DNA from: Camelus dromedarius
Lineage: Eukaryota
Direction of reading: 5' to 3'
Assembly (NCBI RefSeq): GCF_036321535.1
Contig: NC_087436.1
Span: 78,866,001 to 78,930,000 of the forward strand
Length of the DNA stretch: 64,000 nt
The notes under the pieces were generated by a model. That model was not told the origin of the DNA, searched no databases, and was given only the letters and a program-made list of their open reading frames with translations. Of this stretch, positions 24,601 to 36,690 are shown piece by piece (positions within the stretch are counted from its first letter, which is position 1; every line of letters starts with the position of its first letter). The translations under genes and the position numbers were made by a program.

Positions 24601-25269
24601 GCTTTGTGAAACTATTGCCCAGCCCAGAGATACCAGAATGGAGTTCCTATGACACTTGGGAGTTAGCTGTGCTGAGCAGTACGTAAGACAAATCAGGGCA
24701 CAGAGTGGCTTCCATTGTATCTGAATCAGAAAATTATGGAAGTAATACCAGATGGCAGGAAAATGAGAACCAGAGGAAACTTTCCAAAAGGACACCCCAG
24801 ATGACCAGACTAAAGCACCTGCGACCTGAGGAGTCAAGATGAAAGTGGTTTTGCTGGGATGAGATGCTGTAAATCTCTTCCCTGGAGAGAACTGTCATTC
24901 TCTGGTGTATACTTTGCCTTTTTTCTTTCCTTTCGGCTTTCATCTGAGACCATAATGACATATTTTGAGGCACTAGAATGGATCATCAAGCTTAAATTTA
25001 AGCTTGAACTTGAATTTCCTCTCCTCAGATCAGTCAGGATCTCATCTCAGTTTTTAAGACTATCAGCTGTATCAATTGATTATTCCACCTCATACCACAG
25101 GTCCTTCTTTCATGTATTTTTCCATATCCTATGAAAATCTGGACAACTAGAAGGTGATTGATAAGGTAGAGGCAAGAGACTAAAACATGTTTTCAGGATG
25201 GAAACATATCTTTGGAGAAGATATGATAGAGTAAACGAGGGAGATTTAATAGTGTTCAAGCAGAAGTAA

Positions 25270-25745
25270 GAATAATTGTAACATTTCCCATAAACTGAGT
25301 ACTTATTACGAGCCAAGCCTAGTGCTAAGCACTTACAACTGTTAATCATACTTTTCACAACGACTCTGACAGACAGAGGATGGTAATTGCAATGACACGT
25401 AAGGAAACCGGCACTTAGAAGGTAAGGGACTGCCTGAGTCTCACTGCTAGTAAATGTCCGAGCCAGCATTCAAACGGAGACTCCTCGACTCCCAAGCTCA
25501 AGCCTTTCACTTGACACTGCTACAAGGGTTTCAGAACTAGACCCAAGGGGTCTAAATTCCAGCTGTCCCACTTCTAAGCTATTTAACTTCTCCAAATCTC
25601 ATGTAATTTCCTTGGATGTAAAATGGGGGTGATAACAGTAGCTTCCTCACCGGATTTTGTGACCATTAAATGAGATGTTTATCCACGTATCCAACATCGT
25701 GGTTGGCACAGAATAAATGTCCACAGAGACGTTGTTACGTCAGCC
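25270..25745. mobile_element. Two adjacent MIRs in opposite orientation (- at ~25270-25520, + at ~25530-25745)
   Basis: 'taaactgagtacttattacgagcc...aaggaaaccggcacttag...attcaaac' and 'tgtaaaatgggggtgataacagtagc...ttaaatgagatg'. Confidence 0.65.
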
Positions 25746-27196
25746 CTTGCAAAACTGCCTACAATGGCAAACATTACATACGGATGGATAATCACTGGAT
25801 CAGGCCAGCCAGCAATGTGTCATTTGGCCAATTGTCTTTGGACCCCTCTCTATAAGGGCATTTCCCATGGCAATGCATTCTTGCCCCCAGTACACGGAGA
25901 AAACAAGACACTGCTGAGGGCAAAAGTGTGGAGAAGCAGGGTAAAGTAAGGAAGGTTTGAGCTGGAAGGTTTGAGCTCAGGCCTATGGAATCGGGAAGAG
26001 AGAAAGGAAAAGCTGGTGTTTGAGATCATGGTAGAATCAATCTCAAAAAGGATGAATTCAATAAATTGCAGAAGGCAGGAAGATTACTGCTGGGGAGAAA
26101 AATGAATTACTTGGGGATTTGAGTGGGAGCCTTGGCTCATGTTGCTGCATGAAGAAGTAACCCCACAAAAGAGCCAAGGATTTAGGATTGGGAAGAATTT
26201 AATCAGTTTCTTGAGCCCAATTTTAACCTAAAAGAGAAGAATTTAATTTCCAAGGTCTTAAATAGGAACCAGAATTTAGACGGAGTCAAACTAGGGGAAA
26301 GGAAAAGATGAGCGGGGCCCATCCACTGTCCAGAAACCAGAAGGAATATACTTGCCCAAGGAAGAATCAACCAGGCTTAGGCCTCAGAGCTAATAAACAT
26401 AGGGCATAGGGGAGAGAGGTGGGGTGAGAGAACACAAAAATGAACCATTATTTCCACACATACCCCCTTTATTGAGGATCAGCTAGATACGGACATCAAA
26501 TTCAGCTGTGGGTACTTCCAATTGCCAGGCCAAAGATGCCAGGATTAGAAATTTAAGTTTAAATAATCCATGGGCAATGGCATTAATGATATTTATGGTA
26601 CCATAATGGTAACACCTGCCTGTCTGAGAATTAACACATCTGTAATCCCTGAGGTACATGGGCAAAAAAGTTGCAAAGCATTTTTATTATCCCAGCAAAA
26701 TGGAATTTAAAATATGTTATTAAGTCTGCAGATGATTGGACAGAGTATAGAGTATGGACCTTCCGAGAGCGGGTCCCAAACAACTCTGAGACACAAGAAA
26801 CAGTACAAGTGAATTTACAGAGGTTAGTGGAAGAAGACAACAAAAGGGGAAGAAACAAAGGGAATTCAGTGTGCTACATTTATCATTAGACACTGCAGAA
26901 TTGGGCTGAGTTAGGGGGCAGCGGTCATGCACTCAGAGAACAACACTCTTCAGTGGAAAAGGCCACAGGGAGGAGAGAGCAGTAGCTTCTGCTGTTACCA
27001 CCACCATCAATAAGTATTATTCACTATGACGTGTGAGTCATTGAAGGACATTGTTCTCAAGAAGCTTACAGTCTTATTTAAGGAAACAAAGCATGTACAT
27101 AAACAAAAAAATAACGATCCAAACTGAGTCAAAAGGGTGATGTTTCATTCTTAGAAACTGCTGAGTGTCTTCATACTGCAAAAGCACATCCATCTT

Positions 27197-27388
27197 ATAG
27201 ATAAACAACAAGAACCTACTGTATAGCACAGGGAACTATATTCAGTATCGTGATAACGTATAGTGGAAAAGAATCTGAATAAGAATAAATATGTATGTAT
27301 ATGTATAACTGAGCCACTTTGCTGTACACTTGAAACTAAATACAACATTGTAAATCAACTGTACTTCAGTAAAAGTTTTTTAAAAACC
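27197..27388 (+). mobile_element. 5'-truncated lineage L1 3'UTR
   Basis: 'atagataaacaacaag...ctactgtatagcacagggaactatattca'; 12-bp TSD CACATCCATCTT at 27185-27196 and 27389-27400. Confidence 0.9.
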
Positions 27389-27669
27389 CACATCCATCTT
27401 GCAGAAGCCACACCATAATACTAGACTCAGAGAAATAGCCCCAGGTGCCAACACAATATAGTTTCATTTTATGTCATCTAACTTTGCCACAGACTCACGT
27501 TTAAAGGAGAGTTGCAATATTAAGATATGTGGAATCACTGGCCTAGAAGTCACTAAAAACTGCCTTCTGTTCTGTTTAAAATGGTCAACTTTAGCCTCAT
27601 GCTGATTTGGGAGTTATTCATCTGAAATGACTTCAGGGTTTACACCCTAGGCATACTTTGTATTAATTT

Positions 27670-27920
27670 AGGAAGGCAAAATAAGTATGATGGCCAGGAG
27701 TAAGGACGCTAGAATCAGACTTCCTGGGTTCAAATCCCAGCTCTAACGCTTTAGCGGTGAACTGTGGCAAGTTAACGCCACAAAGCCTTGGTTTCCTCAT
27801 CTGTACGTGGGAATAATAATAATATTTGCCTCATACAATCATGGTGAAGATGACAAAGAATTGTGCATAAAGTACACAGCTCAATAGATGGCACATAATC
27901 AGCAGCAAAAAATGTTTGCT
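27670..27920 (+). mobile_element. MIR SINE
   Basis: 'agaatcagacttcctgggttcaaatcccagctct...gccttggtttcctcatctgta...gtgcataaagtac...atggcacataa'. Confidence 0.8.
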
Positions 27921-27922
27921 TT

Positions 27923-28147
27923 CATTACTATTGCCATTACCATTACTATTACTGTTACCATTACTATTACCATTACCATTACTATTGCCATTACCATTAC
28001 CATTACCGTTACCGTTACCATTACCATTACCTTTACTATTACCATTACCATTATTATTACCATTACCACTACTATTACCATTACCATATTACCATTACCA
28101 TTACTATTACCATTACAATTACTATTACAATTACCATTACCATTACT
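27923..28147. repeat. Imperfect (CATTAC/TATTAC)n hexamer tandem repeat, about 37 units
   Basis: Read directly; produces the poly-IT, poly-LP and poly-VM pseudo-ORFs in the track. Confidence 0.95.
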
Positions 28148-28904
28148 AAGGTGGCGGAGAGTCAGAGTTGGTGTGAGACCACCATTGGGAGGGGCCAGGT
28201 CCCCTGCACTGATGCCTCTGAGACCCACCTCCCCATTCTCAGTATTTAAAAGCAGATGAGCACATAGGCTAGAGACAGGGAAGAGGTGCCCACCAGTCCA
28301 TGGGCGCAACACGTGAGGAAATATCATATGCAGTACGTCTCGTTTAGAACTACTGGGTCACATACACAACAGGCGGTAAAAAGAAATTTGAAGTTAGAAG
28401 TGAATAAGCACACTTCAAAAGGATCAAGACCGTGATAGGGACAATGGGTGAGAGTGTTCTTCGAGGCTAATAAAATTACTTCCAGAAAAGTCTTCTTAAA
28501 GATCCACGGGAGTTGTGAAGAGCCTTGTGAGTCTCGGAAAGTGCAGCTTTAATTCTGCCTGCCACCAGAGAGCTGCTGGTAGCAGAAAAAAAAAAAGCTG
28601 TGGGATCAAAAGACAGTAAATTATGTCACTGTAAGAGAAGGGGAAGAGGGGGAAGGTCTGATGAAAAGGTCTGAGGGGTGAGCAGGTAGGGAGGGGTCAG
28701 AAGCCCATTTGACGTGCAGTGTTAACCTCCTGTTTAAGGCACAAGTGAAAATTGTTTGCCAAGGGCTCTGTGGTACAAAGTTCCTCCCAAGTTCTGCAGC
28801 AAATGCCAAAGAATGCATCTTGCCTGGAGAGCCCGGAGGCCCCTGATGGAAGAACAGTCTAGGTCCGCATCTCTGCTCTAAGCGCCCAGATCTGCGTCCC
28901 CTCC

Positions 28905-29090
28905 TCCCACTGCACTTCTGTGTTCCCCTCCATCTCTGTTTGTCTCCCTCACCATCTGCAAACTTCATGAGAACTGGGGCCAGTCTGTTTGGTGTCCACT
29001 GCATCTCGAGGGCTTTACAAAGAGCTACCTAAGCACAGCACAAAGCATACTGTAGGCTCATCATAAATATTCGTGCAATAAATGAAATAG
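28905..29090 (+). mobile_element. L2 LINE 3' end
   Basis: 'tgtttgtctccc...ctgcaaacttcatgagaactgggg...cctaagcacagcac...gtaggctcatcataaatattcgtgcaataaatgaa'. Confidence 0.6.
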
Positions 29091-29119
29091 CTTTGCCTCC
29101 TTGACCTCGGAGTATACAC

Positions 29120-29350
29120 CCTAAAGTCTTTCAAATTCTTTTTTCCAGGATCCACAGTGAAAAAAGCATTTTGCATCAAGTATACGCATCCAGGTTTCGC
29201 CAAACAACACTGGCCCTTGTTTGTGTGCTATATTCTGATATTCTGTTCCCTTCTATTCCATTGTTTAAAACGCTGTTTGCAACCTATTGATTTTCTAACC
29301 TATATAGTATATAAAGTAAGGGTTGTGACCTGCAATTTGAAAAATCTTGC
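29120..29350 (-). mobile_element. hAT-Charlie-type MITE, same family as 24185-24325
   Basis: 'ctttcaaatt...ccacagtgaaaaaagcattttgcatc...tctgatattctgttcc...gggttgtgacctgcaatttgaaaaatcttg'. Confidence 0.55.
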
Positions 29351-31139
29351 TGTAAAAGACTACCTTGGTAAATTCCAAATTCTAAGGTCACAGTGAGCAC
29401 CACAAGGAGCCTGTGTTAGCCCTCCCCGTTGGACAGAGCGCTGGGCTAATGGAACCACGGTCAGGGGCTCCCCACCCACTGAGGTCCACGAGCTCTTATG
29501 TTCTGAGCAGTGAGTGAATGGCTAACTCCCGGCAGCCCTCTCACCAAGGCACATCCTTGACCATGAGCAGAATGGAATAGGCAGTAAATGCCTTATTCTT
29601 GCAAAAAGAGTAATATCCATCCTACCACAATGGGTCGGAAAATCACTCATACCGCATGAAAGACAGACTCAGCATTACGTGCAAGGGATCTCATCGTTGA
29701 CTGCCTGTCCCCACGAGCACCATCCCAACTATTTCAGCTTGCTGAAGTCACATGTTCCCTCATCCCATGTTCCTGCTGTCTGGCTGACTCCCACTTACCG
29801 TTCTTCTTCTCTGCAAGCCTTCCCTGACGGCCGGCCCTCCACGCCCACCTCCTCCCACCCTCGGCCAGGCTGAGGTAGGCGCCCCTCCTTTATAATCGGA
29901 CCTGCTGTCCTGCATTTAATACCCTGACCGCCTGCCCATAGGTCCTCCTAGAGGACAAAGATGGCCTTTCAGTTCCACTCTCAGTGCCTAGCACAAGGCT
30001 CGTCTCAGAAGTGCTTGGAAAATGTTTCTCGAATGACGTAATGATGGACCCAAGTGCCAGTGAGGCCAGGAGCTAATGTATTTGAGTCAGAGAAAGAAAT
30101 AAGAATTGGAGGAAGGGAAGAAGGAGAAGAAGACATGTGAATAACACTTGATGCCTTAGCATCGGTTTCAGATCTCACCCCTCACTTGATCCTCACAACA
30201 GGTGAGGCAGAGTTAATACTCCCATTATACAGGTGTGTAAATGGAGGTTATGGGGAATCCTTTTTATGGAGGAGAGGGGATTAAAATAAAACCATGGAGA
30301 GAGAGAAATCTCTTTCCTCTAGATTGGAAAGTATCTTTAGCACAAAAACATTCTTTTCCCCTTAACCACAAGTCGGAGGAATCTGAAAACAGGACAGGGA
30401 CAAAATCCCAGATGGTGAATTTTAGCAAGAAGCATTGCTCTGTTAGAGACCCGTTTTAAAGCAAAACAAATCCCCATAATTACGTGGGCAGGATAATCAC
30501 TGCAAAGCCTGAAAGGTTTAATCTTAATTAAAGATAATTTTAAACCAGGAGAATTTGTTCATGTATTGGAATTTGTAGTTCTATAAAGATTAGGAAAAGC
30601 TGAAGGCAAAGTGCAGGTAATATCTCTATGGCTGACCTTGACTTTAAAATACAAATGTAACCGTGCAGAAATCCAGCTGACTCTTGACACTCCGCGATGG
30701 TGTCTGGGGCTCACAGCAAGGCTGGAGAGGTGGGGAGGTGTAAGGAGAGAGCCTTTTAAAAGCAGCCAGCTGAAATGTTCTGATCAAGAAAGGCATAATT
30801 TTACTTCTGCTCCTATGTTCAGTTGATTTGAAGCTCTGCAGAAACCCAAAGCTGTCACTATAATTCAAGACTAATTGGCGCAAAGGGCTGCTTCGCACAG
30901 GAAAAAGATGGCGCGGAGATGGAGTCTCCCCAGCCTTTGAATTGCTCTGGGAGCAAGAGCTTCACCTTAAATCCCAGCTGAATAAAATCTGCACCACTTT
31001 CCCCCACCCTGCCCTCTAGTCTAGTCTCCTCATCGTAACTGGACCTGGAGAAGCCTATACCTTTGTTGCCCTTTGATCCTCCCTAAGATTCATTTAACAC
31101 AGAATATTCACCCTATGAGCACCATGCATTCACACACTC

Positions 31140-31215
31140 TCCCTCATTCTCTCCCTCCCTCTCTCTCTCTCTCTATCTCGCTCTCTCTCTCTCTATCACA
31201 CACACGCACACACAG
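31140..31215. repeat. Compound (TC)n-(CA)n microsatellite
   Basis: Read directly. Confidence 0.85.
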
Positions 31216-31627
31216 AGCTACATTTGCTTTCCTTTTCCTCCCTAATTAAACGTACTTCAATGTTGAAAACAGGTACAAATTCATCTCTACCCACCAAATA
31301 CTGAATCGCATTTTCCCAAAGACACCACTTTGCCCCACTGATGAAAGGGAACTCACCCCTACTATACCATCAAAATATGTCACTTCCACTTCTCACTGCC
31401 CTCTCCCTGCCAAAAAAAATAATTAAGGAACCTAATAATATCAAAGCTGTAAAGACCTTGAAGACCATCCCCGCCTTTGCTGCTCAGGGCATGGCCTGAG
31501 GACAGGTACCACCAGCCTTGCCAGGAGCCTGCTGGAAAGGCAGAACCTCCAGCCCCACCAGAACCCGCAGAAGTAGAGTCCAAATTTTAACAATCCTGCA
31601 CATGCTCCAACTTGAGACAATGGCCTA

Positions 31628-31796
31628 GGCAGCGCTTCTCAGCCTGGCTGCCCAGAGAATCATCTGTGGAGCTTTAAAAGCTGTCCAAGCCAGGCCTCCC
31701 TCACTTGAGAACAAATTAATTAGGCACCTCTGGATGCTGGGGTGGCTAAAGGCTCCCCAGTGATTCTGCTCTGCAGCCAGAGTTGAGTAGCACTGC
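31628..31796. mobile_element. MER5-family MITE
   Basis: 'gcagcgcttctcagcctggctgc...gaatcatctgtggagctttaaaa...ctccccagtgattctgctctgcagccagagttgagtagcactg'. Confidence 0.7.
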
Positions 31797-31939
31797 TCCT
31801 GTCCAATCCTCCTGTTTCACAGATGAAGAAATGGAATTGCAGAAAGGCCAAGTGACTTGCCAAGGTCACAAAGTAAACCAGTGGTCAGGCTGAACCCATA
31901 AAGTGACTGTGCCCTAGGGTTCAAGAGGGTGGACTCCAA

Positions 31940-32113
31940 ATAGATAAACAAGGTCCTACTGCATAGCACAGGGAACTATATTCAAAACCTAGTAATAGCC
32001 TATAATGAAAAAGAATATGAAAAGGAATATATATGTAAAACTGAATCACTATGCTATACAGCAGAAATTAATACAACATTATAAATGGACTATATCTCAA
32101 TTAAAAAAACAAA
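31940..32113 (+). mobile_element. 5'-truncated lineage L1 3'UTR
   Basis: 'atagataaacaaggtcctactgcatagcacagggaactatattc'; TSD AAGAGGGTGGACTCCAA (31923-31939) / AAGAAGGTGGAGTCCAA (32114-32130), 15/17. Confidence 0.88.
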
Positions 32114-32289
32114 AAGAAGGTGGAGTCCAACAGTGGGAGTGTCTGTTCCCTGTGCCCTCAGGAGTCTGGCTCTTTCTGGGCTGAGTGATGTGCAGAAGGC
32201 TATGTTCACAGAGGGTCCTCCAAATCACTCCTTTGGGACCCTTCCTCTACCCCTAAGAAATCATTTACTTTGGCCAACAGTATAGTTTT

Positions 32290-32736
32290 TTTTACATTGA
32301 AGTTTATTTCAATGCTAGTTTCTGGTGTAGAGTGTGATTCAGTTATAGATATATATATTCCCTTTCATATTCTTTCTCATTATAGGTTATTACAAGATAT
32401 TGAATATAGTTCCCTGTGCCATACAGTAGAACTTTGTTGTTTATCTATTTTATATATAGTGGTTTATATCTGCTAATCCCAAACTCCTACTAATTTATCT
32501 CTCCCCTCACTTCCCCTTTGGTAACCGTAAGTTTGTTTTCTGTGTCTGAGTCTCCTTCTGTTTTATAAATAAGTTCATTTGTATCATTTTTTTAGATTCC
32601 ACATATAAATGATATTATATGATATTTGTCCTTCTCTGCATGACTTACTTCACCTAATATGATAATCTCTAGATCCATCCATGTTGATGCAAATGACATT
32701 ATTTTATTCCTTTTTTATGGCTGAGTAGCATTCCAT

Positions 32737-32785
<49 letters not shown>

Positions 32786-33260
32786 CACATCTTCTTTATC
32801 CAATCATCTGTCCATGAACATTTGGTTGCTTCCATATCTTGGCTATTACAATTAGTGCTGCTATGAATACTGGGGTACATGTATCTTTTTCACATTGAGT
32901 TTTCTCCATCCCCCCCAAAAAAAATTCAAAAAAAAAAAAAAGACAAAAGTGGGGAAGGATATAGCTCAAGTAGTAGAGTGCATGCTTAGCATGCACTAGG
33001 TCCTGGGTTCAATCCCCAGTACTTCCTTTAAAAATAAATAAATAAACCCAATTACCTCCCTCCCCCGCCAAAAAAAAAAAATTCAAGAGAGTCTTCTCCA
33101 GATATATGTCCAGGAGTGGGATTACTGGATCACATGGTAAGTCTAGTTTTAGTTTTTCAAGGAATTTCCATTCTGTTTTCCAGAATGTCCAGGCTGCACC
33201 AAACTACGTTTCCACCAACAGTGTAGAAGAGCTCCCTTTTCTCCACACCCTCTGCCCAGG
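32290..33260 (-). mobile_element. 5'-truncated lineage L1 3' end containing (TA)18 and a nested SINE
   Basis: Antisense L1 ORF2 end and 3'UTR; TSD AGTATAGTTTT at 32279-32289 and 33261-33271; (TA)n at 32745-32780. Confidence 0.9.
32909..33088 (+). mobile_element. Vic-1-type SINE with an extra 5' tail fragment, nested in L1
   Basis: Head 'ggggaaggatatagctcaagtagtagag...gggttcaatccccagtac' from 32951; TSD GAGTTTTCTCCA (32897-32908) / GAGTCTTCTCCA (33089-33100). Confidence 0.85.
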
Positions 33261-35574
33261 AGTATAGTTTTAGAAAATTAACCATAACACTTCTGTTTGA
33301 CCCACCAAATGTGTGTTAAGTGCATTCATAGTTGCTTCTCTTCCTCCCAACTGTCTTCCTCTTTCTCTTCCACTCCTGTTTCTGGGAAAAGCAGCCAACA
33401 CACATGACCCCGACAGAAATCTCTAAGAAAATCCAACTCAGAAGGGTTAAAAACAAGTCAGGGTGTGTGCCATTTCCTTACAGCCCTGGAAAATGCTTAC
33501 CAGGGCCTGCCAGCTTCCACCACGAAAAAAAGCATCATTGCTACCAGGAAGGCAAGTGTGGGTTTTGAGATTTGCAGACATGGTTTATGAAAAGCCCAAA
33601 TGTCAACATGTCCTTCTTAGGGTCCCCTCACAGACACTGCAATCTCTCCTCAAACACAGACAAGCCTGAAAATTCAGAGCCGAGAACGGGAACGGGGCTG
33701 AGGATCACTTCAAAGACTTGGGTGCTCAGAGGCCCTTGGCTTTTTATGTGGAGGGAAACTTATCTCTTGAGTTTTGCAGGACTGGAAGGGCAGTGGAGGT
33801 AAAAGGATATAAGGGGGCAAATCAGACTAGAAGAGCAAGAGCACAGGAGGAGAGAAATGTGTGCTTATTAACGATAAATCAGAAGGCTCTGTTTTCACCT
33901 CCTGAATTTTCGTATCACAAAAAATGGGGTTGAATCTCCTGAGACAGCGCAAATGCAGGGGCCAGGAATGAGCAGGATGAGATGCCAGGGTGTTACAGCT
34001 ACATTTTGAGGCATCCCACTGCCCGGTCACATGGCTGCGGCAGGAGACATGTGCTAGGTGGTCCCGGAGGGAGAGGGGCTCTCCCCAGGCTGCACCCCAG
34101 GACCCCCTTTTACAGAGAATGGGACCAAAGCTTCCCTCCCTGCTGACCAGCACCCAGTAAGCCTCACCCCACACACTGGGAGGAAACCTCCTCGGGGCTT
34201 TTGTTCACAACTTCCAGCCAGTCTTCAAGAGTTTTGGAATGGAATCTGCAAGGGAGAGCATTTCAGCTCTTCTATTTTCAGGTTCCCTCTTATACGGCAA
34301 GTGGCATCAACCAAGCCCCAAGAAGCAACTGAGAAGTGTGGTTGACGGGAAGGGGGGTATCCATGATAAGCTAAAAACCCACAGAGCCTGGGAGAATGGG
34401 AAGCTTTTATTCTTAACACTGGAAGCCGTGAGGCTGACCTATATGTCACTTCTAATATCGACAGAAATGACGAACCTTGAAGGCCAGCACACAGAACCCA
34501 GCAGATGCCCTTTGAAGACTTGGCTCAGCGGAGTGGCAGCAGTAAGGCACCAGAGCCCACCATGGGCAGAGACCTGGACTAAAACAGAAGAGGCTGGAGG
34601 GCTAGGTAAGGGGCGCCCTCAGGTAGACTGCAGGCAGAGCCGGATCTTAGCTTCACCTTCAGAGCTTGGAAATTAGTCCACAGCCAGCCTGAACCATGCA
34701 GCTGACAAGAAAAATACGGGGGCAGAGATTAAAAACTCAGAAAAGGAGAAAATTAGCAGGAGGTGTACAGAGAATTAGGAGAGGTGAAAGAGATGAAAAG
34801 GGTGGTCAGGAGGAGGTAAAGGGGTGGCAGAATTTCCAGACTTCAGTAGGAGAACCTGTCCAACACAGCAGAATCCCTTGGTCAAACAGGCAAAAGAGGA
34901 GGCAATATTAAACAGCGCGATAAAACAGAACTGCTTAACACCATCAGATTTTTTTAAAAAAAAAATAAATGTGTCATCTCCACTATTCTCTTATTTCGTA
35001 TTTTATTTCTCCTACCCATTTCTCAAAACCCAACCCTCTAAATCCTATTTGTCTGGCCAGCCTTATGATGACAAGCCTTCAAACGTGTAATACAATGTTA
35101 AATTTAATTTTATGCCTCAGACGCTGAAGGTTGGCACAGCTACATTATTTTTCTGTCAAGCTTTCACATTTTAATCTGCCATCCAGTCAGTGAACTGGAA
35201 ACAGAGAGGAATCACTTCAGATTATGAGAAATTTTAGATCCTGCACCACCAAGTTTTTTCCTTATCTATCTGTCATCTAAATGTAAAGCAGTGTGATGAT
35301 TTTGTGTAAGTGTAGAAGCTCTGGGCTCAGTGACAAGAGGCTAAAGGAGGAAGAGCCTGAGCTGGGTGCCTCCACTGGGTTCCCCAAGCACCTCTCACTA
35401 AACAAGGCTAATATGGAGCCCAGTATCTTTCTCTGCTCCCTTCCTGAATCCTTGGTCAACTGTACCGCCATGCACTTGGTCATTGGCAGTGGAGGCAATG
35501 GTGAGGGGAGGGGGGTCATCTAGGTGTCTTCCCCTCCCTCCCCCAACCCTGAGCTCACTCAGGAGAGCTGCAGT

Positions 35575-35800
35575 ACGGTCACAAAGAGAGGAGGTGACAG
35601 AGCCAGACTACCTGAATGAGTCCCACTTTATCATTTGCTGGCCATGAGTGTGCCCTTGGGCCAAGTCACTGAGCCCCTCTCTGTGCCTCAACTTCCTCAT
35701 CTGTAAAACCTCATAAGGTTGCTGTGGGAGTAAATGAGTTAAAAATGTGTCATACACTTAGAATCAGCTCTGGCTGAGCATATTAAGTGCTCGGTGTTGC
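35575..35800 (+). mobile_element. MIR SINE
   Basis: 'cttgggccaagtcactgag...ctctctgtgcctcaacttcctcatctgtaaaa...taaatgagttaa...ttaagtgctc'. Confidence 0.75.
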
Positions 35801-35809
35801 CCAAGACTT

Positions 35810-36440
35810 CCTGGTCCTCAATCCCACACCCATTCAGTCATCAGGACCTGTCAATTTAAAAAAAAAAAAAAAATCCTCTCCAATCCTATACTCTTTCCTA
35901 CTTGTAGCCCTCGCCACTGACCAACAAATCATCCTCCTTGCTCTCCTTGAATGTACTCTTGCTGCTTCGAATCCATCCTCCACAGAACCACTGCACTGAT
36001 CCACCTAAAAGACAAAACCAAACATTTCATTCATTCTCAAAACCCTTCAGTGGCACCTGGCCCTCCACAGGGGGAGCAGCCAAACTTCTCAGTGTGTCAC
36101 AGGAGGCGCCTTCTCCAGCCTGCCCCAGCCACCCCCTCTCCCACCTCCTTTCCTCTCACCCCCGTTACACTGGGCTGCTGTCCATCGCTCATCTTGCTGA
36201 CTCAACCTTCCACACATTTGTGTGATTCCTCTGTGGAAAAGTGCCTGAGGTCCCGATTCAGTCATCATTTTCTTCAGACAGCCTTTCAGAACCCCAACCC
36301 TGGGCAAGCTCCTCCTCCTGGGTTCCCAAAGCTCTGTGTGCACTTCTGTTCCACACCCACCAAGTCATACTGCCTCGGCAGAGCTTGAGAGTGGGACTCA
36401 TCGCAAGCACTTTTACAGCTCCAGCACGGTATCCAAGCCC
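35810..36440 (+). mobile_element. L2 LINE fragment
   Basis: 'aatccatcctccacagaacc...tcaaaacccttcagtggc...ccaaacttctcagtgtg' L2 3'-region motifs. Confidence 0.55.
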
Positions 36441-36449
36441 AGACAGATT

Positions 36450-36690
36450 ACTGTGCGATGCAGAGGTTAAGGGCATGGACTCTGGAATCAGAGTGCTGGG
36501 CATGTATCCTGGCTCCAGCACTTACTGGCTATACGACCTTGATCATGTCACTTAGCTTGTAAAGCCTCATCTGTAAAGTGGGGATGACTGCAGTACCTCC
36601 ATCACAGAGATACTGTGAAGAACGGACAAAACTAATGTACAGTCTTTAAGCCTGGTGCCTGGCACGTCCTGAGCACATACTTAAATGGCA
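36450..36690 (+). mobile_element. MIR SINE
   Basis: 'ggttaagggcatggactctggaatcaga...cacttactggctatacgaccttg...cctcatctgtaaagtgggg...gtgcctggcac'. Confidence 0.8.

Noticed and set aside
25950..25978. 14-bp tandem duplication GGAAGGTTTGAGCT x2
   Set aside because: Ordinary slippage duplication
26671..26889. Protein-like ORF (…DDWTEYRVWTFRERVPNN…)
   Set aside because: No recognised homology, weak splice acceptor, non-ATG start
27888..28327. Long ORFs on both strands
   Set aside because: Produced by the (CATTAC)n repeat
36061..36080. CTCF-like motif (also near 1150, 31010 and 55095)
   Set aside because: Mismatches at core positions; cannot be supported without matrix scoring
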